From Oopsacas minuta (Eukaryota; Animalia; Porifera): a DNA stretch of 64,000 nt. The translations under genes and the position numbers were made by a program. Location of the stretch: contig JAKMXF010000111.1 in the NCBI GenBank assembly GCA_024704765.1, positions 636,619 through 700,618 of the forward strand, written 5' to 3'. A model generated the notes under the pieces. The model saw only the letters and a program-made list of their open reading frames with translations. It made no database searches and had not been told where the DNA came from. The stretch's first letter is position 1; every line of letters starts with the position of its first letter. Shown here one piece after another: positions 55,467 to 64,000 of this stretch.

Positions 55467-58400
55467 GGAGATTTTGATGATAAAGAGTATGTAGAGAGGT
55501 TAGCTAGAGTGGATAATAATGTGAATCTCGGGCCTCTAAAAAAGCCAGAAGAATTTTGCCCAGATGTGAGTTACTACTGTAAAATATTTTTAAGCGAATG
55601 TTATACATTTGTATTTCTTCCCACATCAGGCACTTTTGAAATCTTTCCAAGAGAGTATAATTGTATTGAACCAGCTAAAAACGAAGAATCAAAAGAAAGT
55701 AGATAAGATTGAGAAGCAGTGTTATATTATTGCAAAGGAACATGATGATAACTTGAAAAAGCAGAGATTAATTTTTCAGGTAGATTCTCTACCAATCCTT
55801 AATAATTACTAATTATACATATAGTATACTCTCATTATAACGAGGGCTCGGGACCTCGGATTCATTTTGTTTTCTGCGGGGGTAAAATCAATTACTTTCA
55901 AGCTATAGGGGATAATATCACTTCGTTTTAATGACGATTTCATTATACCCGACTTGGTTATCACGGGAGTTTACTGTACTTCTTCCTATCAGGACTCTTT
56001 CAGAACTTATGAACAACTCGAGTTAAAGGTCAGAACTATGGCTGCTAAAGTTGTTCATCTTGGAGATCAACTGGAAACTGCGAATAAGAAAAAGAATAAG
56101 ACCGATGAAGCTCTACAACTGATAAAGTATTTTAATATATTTCAGAGGAATGAAGAGAATGAAACTAAACTATTTTCAAACAATTCACAGGCAAACCTTA
56201 CGCTATATTACATTATCTGTCTGTTCTCCTATTGTTGTTTATAGCTGTTTATTAGGTATTTGAAGCAGCAAAAGTACTAGACATCCTTACCTCTTTCGCC
56301 ACTGACCTTCCTGACAAGTAATTAATTAATATTATACATTGCTAGACAATATGTAACTAATATATACTTCTATAGATATACAGAGGTTAGGAGTAGAATC
56401 GAAGGTAAGATTGTGTGTGTTTATTACAGATTTGTATCATTCCCATTATTTCAATCAGCTTAGCTAATTACCCTTCTAGCCAAATCTCGAGATACCGAGA
56501 AGAGTTTATTGAAAGAATTCCACCATGCTCACACTCACAATGATACAGAACGAATGCGAAAATGTGGACAAACTCTATCTCTCTTCCCAAAGGTAATTAA
56601 TATCTATAACAGTGGCTGATTATCAGACTTAGTTAATGTATAAATAATTGCTGTCTTTCAATTGAACTTTAATCAATTGATGTATTTCTTAATACTTCTC
56701 ATTACGTGTGAGCTGGCTTCAGGTAGTATTGTTGTTCTACGAAGTGATTATACACTAACAGCCTACTGAGGTTAAGAATCTTCCCATGTGCTCTTTATGC
56801 ATTTGAATGCTTTAAAATCAGTTTTTCAAAAATTATACAAATTAATCGCGGTTATGAATTTCAGAAATTTGAGGTTATTCTTTCGATCACTTTCAAATGA
56901 GATTAGTGTATTCTTCAGGCTATCAGTTCCGATATATCTAACAGCTCTATGCACTGAAACAATTGGTATACTTTCTATTATATTTGCTGGGCAGTTTGAC
57001 GATCAGAGCGTATCTCTCTCTGCTGTAGCACTCTCTCAAGCTTTTATTAATATTACCGGATATTTTCCTATGCTAACATTAACCTCAGCAGTAGACAGGC
57101 TATTCACTAAATCAGATGTAATAGGTAGGAACAAATACACAGGATTGTTGCTACAACGCAGTTTGCTTGTTAACGCATACTTAATGTTACCTATTGCGTT
57201 TATATGGCTGAATACAGAGAATATTATGCTATTACTCAGACAGCCTCCAGAGCTATCAGCACTAGCGGGAGAGTATGTAACCGTTTACATAGCTATTCTC
57301 CCTGCTCTCTGCGTATCATCAGCTGTTGTCAAGACACTACAATTACAAGAAGTAATAATACCTTCCCTACTGATACTCATGTCTGCTAATTTTATAGAAG
57401 TTGTAATCGTATATCCACTCGCGTATTTCACGGATATTGGAGTACGTGCATTTGCTTTAGGCCCGGTTATAGCATTTTATTTTATAGCGATATCTCACTG
57501 TATGTATCTGCGCTGTGTTAAAATATGGAAAAGAATTTGGTGTGGATTTTCCTTCGAAGCATGGGAGAGCTGGTGTCAATATATTTGTTACGGGGTACCG
57601 TTGTTGTTAGTCAATCTACTGGAGATTGTTAGTATTCAGTCAGGTGCATTTATTCTTGGTATTGCATCTTATCAGCCAGTTGTTGACATTGGTATTCACG
57701 TGGTCGCGACTTGTATCAATTCTTTGATTTCAGTAAGCTGTATGTCTCTCTCATTAGCTACTTCTATTCGTCTTTCACAGCTCAGCTATGAGAGTCAGAG
57801 AAAAAGAATCAAAAAGATAGTTATCAACAGTTTAATAGCTATTATCATTATTTCACTATCTCAATCGGTTATCCTAGCTGCTGGTAGCCAGTTCTGGGGT
57901 AGAGTATTCTCCTCTGATCTCCGAGTAGCATCAGGCCTAGCTAATATATTATTTCTATTAGCTGCATATCATCCTTTTGAAGGTTTACTCATCCTATTTC
58001 AAGCTGTACTTAATGGTTTAAGAAGACACCATGTGAATAGCATATTTACATTATTTTTCTGTGTAGTCAGTTTCCCTATAGCTATCATTCTTGCTATGTT
58101 CTTGCCTGATCAAGCACTTGGATATTGGGTTGGGATAACCACCGGATACTTTACACGAATTGTTCTTTATATTGCCATTACAATTGTATACTTATCTGTT
58201 ATAAGCACTGTTTCTTATGCTCAGACAAGAATCAAAGAATCAACTCCACTCGTAGCTAATGATATTCCTCAACATACTGAGATTCCTTGTTATATATCTA
58301 CTGTTGGTGGTTTTGGATGCCTAAAATGGAAAATATTTCTTCTGAAGATTTTGTTGTTATTGGTGTTAGTAATACCATTCATTCCGCTAATAGGATGTCG

Positions 58401-61400
58401 CTACAGTACATACAAGAAAGAAATCTACAATATTAGTTATATACAAGCTCCTCTTGATGTTTTCTGTTTGATATTTTTACCCTTCAACTACACTATCCCT
58501 CTCAACCAAACGATTTAGTTTTACGGTTTAAATATACTTATATTTTCTAATTTCTAAATAATTCATATCATTACAATATGCAACGACTACGTAATAAATG
58601 ATTTGTGGATAGATATCATGTGAACTGGATTACAGTCATATGGCAGTAAGACTATTGTGAATTATGTAATACCCTAAGTTGTAAACCGATGCTATCCAGG
58701 TGCAGTATCATTGAAAATACACAGTATGTATTATATCATATTTTGTATACCAATTATCAACGTCAACAAAATAATAGTAATGACCATGCAATTGACTATT
58801 ATTTGTAAATATGAATGTAGTTAATTCAGTACTAATAATTACACATTATGAACAACATCCAGACTTAGTCTTCCCATGTTCTAACTCAACATGAGACGTT
58901 ACACCGATATTCCCATTCGCCTCTTCTTGCTCGAGTGCATTTCTTGCTATTGCTTCGAAAGCTTGCTCGACATTAATTGCTTCTTTAGCGGAGGTTTCGA
59001 AATAAGGGGTGTTGTTTTTAGAATCACACCATGCTTGTGCGCGTCTTATAGGGACGCCCCGAGTATCTAGGTCAACTTTGTTCCCTAACACAACGAATGG
59101 GAGCTTTTCTGGATACCTAGGGCTAGCCTGAATCAAAAAATCATCTCTCCATGATTCTAGATTCTTAAATGAGTTGGGTTGTGTTACGTCATACACCAGC
59201 ACACAACAATCAGCTCCGCGGTAGAACGCCACGCCAAGGGACTGAAAACGCTCTTGTCCAGCTGTGTCCCAGATCTGTAGAGTAACCAATCTGTCATCTA
59301 TCATTACTTCCTTATTGAGGAAATCTGCTCCAATTGTTGCCTTGTATTTATTCGTAAACTTCTTCTTGACATACTGGTTCATTAGTGAGGTCTTACCTAC
59401 ACCAGAATCTCCCAGAATAATAACTTTAAGTAGGACATTTCTTCTTGAACTCATAGAATGTGCCTTGGCTAATAGACAGTCTAATTTCGAGAATTGACAA
59501 TACTAATATTATATGATGTATTGGCAGTTATTAATTTTATTGTTTCAACGCCTATTATTTATCTCTCTTTCCCTTTATTCACGTTATATATTATCTTTTA
59601 GAATTATGAGAGATGTATACAGGATTTTATAAACCAAGGCACAAAGGTAGGCGAATAATTATATCTTAGGGAATAATTAGATATGTTTGAACCTAGTGTA
59701 TAGCTGCCCCTCCCTGTTAGAACCCAAGTATCCTCTCTACACTATTATCCAATTCCAAATACATATTTGTAAATTTAACGAAGATAGGCAACAGGAATTC
59801 TGTATCATCTAACCAGTGGGATATTCAGCACATTATTTCACAAATAATAATTATACTTAATCAATATTCAAGTCACTGAACTGGAGAACTATATTTATTG
59901 CTGTAGTATAATATTTTGTACATAGTAGTGCCTTTTGAAGATATTAAGTAACTAGCATATTATGTTACAAATATCATACACAGTATTGAACTACCTCTAC
60001 TCCCACTCGAGTAGAATTCTAATAGAATTGTTTGTTAGTGAATGAGACACACTGTCTTTAATATTTCTATCCACATGATAGCCATTTATATAAAGCGGAA
60101 TTTGTATGTATTATCTCTGTTTCCATCAATTTTATATTATTTCCTAAAGTTAAACTCACACGAATTCTAATCCATGATTTTGCAATGATTTTTTTGTAAT
60201 TTTCAGTTTGGATCATTTTCTAGATTGAATTTAAAGGGAAGATTACCCTCTTCAATCAGACCACACAACTATGTCATAAGGTTTGTTTTCGTAGAATTAT
60301 TTCTTTGCAATTTATTTATCGGCGACAGGCAACATAGTTGAATACCGAGATAGCATCCGGCGCCTACCTGTGCTCCATTTAATATACAAATTGATGTATT
60401 GTTTGCTTGAAAGAATAACAAATTATAAATTATCTTCTATTTTGCAAATTTCAGATATTTGCCCCAGCGCTTGGACTCAAATTTTTAGAAAATGGAATTG
60501 TCCAATGTAGTTTATACGTTTATATTTTTTTATAATTCAATAGTTGTACTCTTTCTATCTCGCTAACTACTCTTATATATTTGTTGTTTACGTGTATAAT
60601 TAGCACTGACGATATTCAATATATAATAGTAAATTAATTATCCAACATCAGGCATGTCTAGTTCCTCGGATTCCCCAACCAATGTTCGTAGCTTTACTAA
60701 ACAGAACTTTTTCAATTTCAAAGCATCAGTTATAAAGCCAGCAGGTACACTGTATTCTGATGCTAATTCTTCTCCCAACAATAAATCCACTAATAACAAA
60801 TCACAGGGATTTTCATTTCTCAAACTTGATTCATCTCTTACAGCAAGTGAGATATTACCTGTAGTTGGAGATAATGTAACTACAAATCCTAATCTAAATG
60901 CTAAAGAGATTTCTGATATAAATCCACTTCAACATACAGAACCTAAAGCTTCGAGGAAAGATACAGAAGAAGATTCACATACTTCAAAAGATCCAAAAGT
61001 ATACGTGTTCGGTCAGAAAATAGAGGCAAGGGTTGTTATCCACGAAGCAGAGGCTAGTGAGCCACCAAGCCAGGACGTTAAATCCAGTGCTACAGACGGA
61101 ATAATTCCTAGCGACAATGCTAAACCTCTACTAGGTTCTTTACCTGTACAGAAAGTATTCACAGGGGAAGAGGGAGAGAGAGTAATAGTGGAGATATCCT
61201 GTAAACTGTTTGTGTTCGATTCTAAGAACAAGACATGGCATAGCAAAGGTAGGAACATGTTACACCTGAATGAAGATCCTGATTGCGAGCATAAATCTAG
61301 GATCATTTGTAGGGCGCAAGGCAATCAATTAGTACAGCTGAACTCTCCTATATGGGCTGAAATGCTGTGTGAGCAATCTAACCCAAACTCAGTAAAGTTA

Positions 61401-63081
61401 TCTGCTAATCTAGAGAATGATGGTATCCGTGTAGTGCTGATTCAAGGAGAGAAGAGAGATATATCTAATCTGTTCTCTGCTCTCGAAACAAGAATACTTA
61501 ACTGTAACAATCATAAGGAAGCAACAGCCAAATCTCAACAATCAGACGAAATTGACCTAATCGATACACCAGATATCCCATCTCCAAGAACTCCGACCTC
61601 CCAAGAAACTATCTCTAACAAACGCCCTCTCTGCTCAAAACGATCCACTGTGGAACGAGACGAGCCTAAAGACAATCCTGTCCTAACCAACTCTACTCGA
61701 GACCCTGAGGAAGATGAAGCACAGAATTCATGTAAAAGATCTAAAATTAGCGAGTCTTCCAATCAATGAATTACCCTACTTATTAACATTAGATTAATAC
61801 AACACTTCGCGCTAGAGCTTTCTTCAGTCATTTCTAATTTAATCAGAATATGATAATACGAGCTATGCTTTCCCAATAAAAGTTTCATTGATTGTGTCCT
61901 AATTAACAAGATTCTTTCTACACACATTTTACGATTGATATTTAACAAATATTTTTTGTGTAAATTAATACAGAAAAACAATAAAATCTCTTTCAAGATT
62001 TTTTAATATTACAACTGAGTTGTTCTCTTTTAGACACAGAAAATAATTCTGGATACATTCGATAATCCGGAACAAGTAACTTCTGCTTTTGTGACTCAAG
62101 TATTTGACAAGATAATCAAGGTAAGCCCAATACAAAATATGATAATGGTAATCAGTGAAACCTCCACAAACGGAGCCTGTGGAAAAGGGGAACTTAGAAA
62201 TCCGCTCAATTTTTCACTCCTTGGCACGGAGTAAAAGTAGCGCGGATTCCTAGTCCCATACAAATGAACCTCCACAAAAGGCGGAATTTAGCAGAAACCG
62301 GGTAGCATTTTCGGCGTCCTGACACTCAGTTTATGGCGGTTACACTGTATATTCAGATCTTATTTTCTATTAGACGCATGTAAAAGATGAGTTGAGGGAC
62401 ATCAATAAAGAGACAGACATAGACGAGTATCTGTCAAAGCTGTCAGATCTATATGACAAGTATGTAACATTTATTCTATTATTTGTTATGTATTATTTTG
62501 ATAACATTGTATAGGACAACATTATTGGGTCGAAAGTTAGTTGATTATGAAATGATTCAGGATACACCTACTGCCACCAAACAAATAAAGAACCTCTTCT
62601 ATGACTATCTACATAATTATGCTGAGTGAGTTCATGAACTTTTTTATTTTCCCATGTTTTTAAACTCATAATTTTAGAGAGGAAATCCATAATTTCGGTA
62701 CAAAAGGAAGGACTGAATTAGAAGAGTATTATAAGGTTCTATTTGACACTACAGGAATGCAGAAGAAAGCTACAACAACTTCAAGCGGAGGCTACAAACC
62801 TAGGAGGGAGACAATAAGAAATGTTACTGTAGATGTCCTATTCGTTTCTCAGGATTTTATAACTAACATTCTCAGTGCAACTAAACAGTGTATCAACCGT
62901 TGTAAAGTTGTACGTAGCAGATTTTTTATTATTTGTCTATCTCAATATCATCTAATTTATTCTTGTTACTAGCTGTGTAATCCTAATGAACTCTCTGTTA
63001 CTGTCAAGTTAATATACAAGACAATGATGGAGCTGATATGTAGAGATCATCTGGACTATGCAGTTAAACTCGCACTCACAG
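55467..63081 (+). CDS. EXOC5: Exocyst component 5 (Sec10), partial: first exon unresolved, gene continues past the window. Exons include 55467-55565, 55630-55779, 55993-56190, 56256-56317, 56376-56404, 56480-56592, 59602-59646, 60224-60280, 62034-62120, 62374-62459, 62515-62625, ~62678-62909, ~62972-63081
   Basis: Spliced translation is colinear with Sec10: [101 protein letters not shown]. Confidence 0.92.
55822..55976. mobile_element. pogo/Tigger-like MITE flanked by TA, in EXOC5 intron 55780-55992
   Basis: Left (t)agtatactctcattataacg versus right-end reverse complement cagtaaactcccgtgataacc; TA on both flanks. Confidence 0.6.
56797..58518 (+). CDS. MATE family (SLC47-like) transporter, intronless, nested in EXOC5 intron 56593-59601; start codon uncertain (56797 or 56854)
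   Basis: [59 protein letters not shown], ~12 TM segments. Confidence 0.92.
   Translation: MHLNALKSVFQKLYKLIAVMNFRNLRLFFRSLSNEISVFFRLSVPIYLTALCTETIGILSIIFAGQFDDQSVSLSAVALSQAFINITGYFPMLTLTSAVDRLFTKSDVIGRNKYTGLLLQRSLLVNAYLMLPIAFIWLNTENIMLLLRQPPELSALAGEYVTVYIAILPALCVSSAVVKTLQLQEVIIPSLLILMSANFIEVVIVYPLAYFTDIGVRAFALGPVIAFYFIAISHCMYLRCVKIWKRIWCGFSFEAWESWCQYICYGVPLLLVNLLEIVSIQSGAFILGIASYQPVVDIGIHVVATCINSLISVSCMSLSLATSIRLSQLSYESQRKRIKKIVINSLIAIIIISLSQSVILAAGSQFWGRVFSSDLRVASGLANILFLLAAYHPFEGLLILFQAVLNGLRRHHVNSIFTLFFCVVSFPIAIILAMFLPDQALGYWVGITTGYFTRIVLYIAITIVYLSVISTVSYAQTRIKESTPLVANDIPQHTEIPCYISTVGGFGCLKWKIFLLKILLLLVLVIPFIPLIGCRYSTYKKEIYNISYIQAPLDVFCLIFLPFNYTIPLNQTI
58846..59454 (-). CDS. RAB7A: Ras-related protein Rab7, intronless, antisense-nested in EXOC5 intron 56593-59601
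   Basis: [66 protein letters not shown]-terminal CCS prenylation motif. Confidence 0.97.
   Translation of the reverse strand: MSSRRNVLLKVIILGDSGVGKTSLMNQYVKKKFTNKYKATIGADFLNKEVMIDDRLVTLQIWDTAGQERFQSLGVAFYRGADCCVLVYDVTQPNSFKNLESWRDDFLIQASPRYPEKLPFVVLGNKVDLDTRGVPIRRAQAWCDSKNNTPYFETSAKEAINVEQAFEAIARNALEQEEANGNIGVTSHVELEHGKTKSGCCS
60654..61769 (+). CDS. RANBP3: Ran-binding protein 3-like (RanBD), intronless, nested in EXOC5 intron 60281-62033
   Basis: FNFK and YVFGQKI motifs; Ran[47 protein letters not shown]. Confidence 0.85.
   Translation: MSSSSDSPTNVRSFTKQNFFNFKASVIKPAGTLYSDANSSPNNKSTNNKSQGFSFLKLDSSLTASEILPVVGDNVTTNPNLNAKEISDINPLQHTEPKASRKDTEEDSHTSKDPKVYVFGQKIEARVVIHEAEASEPPSQDVKSSATDGIIPSDNAKPLLGSLPVQKVFTGEEGERVIVEISCKLFVFDSKNKTWHSKGRNMLHLNEDPDCEHKSRIICRAQGNQLVQLNSPIWAEMLCEQSNPNSVKLSANLENDGIRVVLIQGEKRDISNLFSALETRILNCNNHKEATAKSQQSDEIDLIDTPDIPSPRTPTSQETISNKRPLCSKRSTVERDEPKDNPVLTNSTRDPEEDEAQNSCKRSKISESSNQ
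62153..62347. mobile_element. pogo/Tigger-like MITE in EXOC5 intron 62121-62373
   Basis: TIRs cagtgaaacctccacaa versus reverse complement cagtgtaaccgccataa; right flank TA; internal copy aacctccacaaa. Confidence 0.7.
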
Positions 63082-63198
63082 GCAAGTTCATACATCAATA
63101 AATATGAATATGAAATAATGAATTGTTGGATAACCGGAATGTCTGGATCCATTTCTCTACCTATCTATTATTCTATTATCAATTGACTTAATCTATGA

Positions 63199-64000
63199 AT
63201 GAGTCGCAACAAACATAACAAACAAGTTGCTTCTAGAAAGAGTACTCCTGCTCAGCTTCCTAATATTTGTATATTTCAGTTGGGATCGTCTGATACAGGA
63301 GAGGAACTCCCTAAACATGGTGTATATCTTTATTCACACTCCTCCTCTCCCTATCTTCTCTGTGTCTCACTGGATAAGCTACTAGTGATCGACAGTTCTG
63401 ACAGAGAGCTGTATGCAGAGTATAAAGCAACTGAGGACATGTTTAGCTCAGTAATAGAATATACAGGTCTCATATTGGTAGGCAGTGTACTAGGTTATGT
63501 ATATTCAATCAGTTTAGCAAACTTCCATTGCAGTCCTCCCATACATGTCCATGATGGTTCTGTTATTCAATTGATAGCTCATCCAGTAGAGAATACATGG
63601 ATTGCTAGTATTGGCGGAGACGGGTATCTGAAGCTGATAAATATGCAAGATGATATGAGCAAGTTCAAACGAGTACACGACAGGTTCTTACTTCAGCTAA
63701 AGATTTCGGGGGAAGCTAGTGCTATGTCATTCTCTCCTCAAGGAGATTGGTTGTTGACCAGCTACGATAATGGAATAAGAGCATGGGAGATTGAGAGGAA
63801 GAACTTGAGCAAGGATAAGCGGTTCAGAAAGACAGCTCCTCCTTTCTCTGTTCAGTTATATGGTAGTAAATTCCATCAGTCTACAGTGGAGCGTATCGTG
63901 TTTATAAGAGATGACGTAGTAGCTTCTAAAGACAAGATAGAACAGTGTGTCCTATTGTGGAAGTTTGACATTGATGCAGACGTATGGCGTATGAGTAGTA
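63199..64000 (+). CDS. WD40-repeat protein, EED/ESC-like, 3' truncated by the window edge (absent from the ORF track)
   Basis: Uninterrupted frame of 267 codons from ATG 63199: HDGSVIQLIAHPVENTWIASIGGDGYLKLIN, SFSPQGDWLLTS, FHQSTVERIVFIRDDVVASKD..CVLLWK. These resemble EED HGNAINELKFHP...SKDHALRLWN and IHRNYVDCVRW..ILSKSCE..CWK. Confidence 0.75.
   Translation, partial: MSRNKHNKQVASRKSTPAQLPNICIFQLGSSDTGEELPKHGVYLYSHSSSPYLLCVSLDKLLVIDSSDRELYAEYKATEDMFSSVIEYTGLILVGSVLGYVYSISLANFHCSPPIHVHDGSVIQLIAHPVENTWIASIGGDGYLKLINMQDDMSKFKRVHDRFLLQLKISGEASAMSFSPQGDWLLTSYDNGIRAWEIERKNLSKDKRFRKTAPPFSVQLYGSKFHQSTVERIVFIRDDVVASKDKIEQCVLLWKFDIDADVWRMSS

Overview
AT-rich, very gene-dense animal (metazoan) genomic DNA, with about 31 protein-coding genes in 64 kb. 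There are no rRNA, tRNA or CRISPR features that I can support. The architecture is compact: tiny ~50-60 bp introns, many intronless housekeeping genes, nested genes, NHL-repeat and PMP-like 7TM genes, Homer and a TGF-beta ligand. This best fits a glass sponge (Hexactinellida, Oopsacas/Aphrocallistes-like), which is an inference. Manual exon reconstruction shows structure the ORF track misses. Three intron-rich host genes (reticulon, ASPG, EXOC5) carry seven intronless genes inside their introns. Six of these are on the SAME strand as the host: MMAB, a homocysteine methyltransferase, an NHL protein, a MATE transporter, RANBP3-like and an EED-like WD40 gene; the nested position of the last is inferred because the host's next exon lies outside the window. 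RAB7 is antisense. By my count 27 of 31 genes are on the + strand. From 41.2 kb onward nine genes run head-to-tail with gaps of 59-295 bp, and many start codons sit just after a pyrimidine-tract/AG splice-acceptor-like site with no upstream coding exon. The best candidate system is polycistronic, operon-like transcription, including mRNAs released from host introns, resolved by spliced-leader trans-splicing (inference, testable). Also present: several MITE families (pogo-like TA-flanked, one with a 9-bp TSD, one hairpin-ended repeat), three GC-AG introns, a GH43-fold protein apparently lacking its catalytic acids, and an unannotated multi-exon R3H-like gene.
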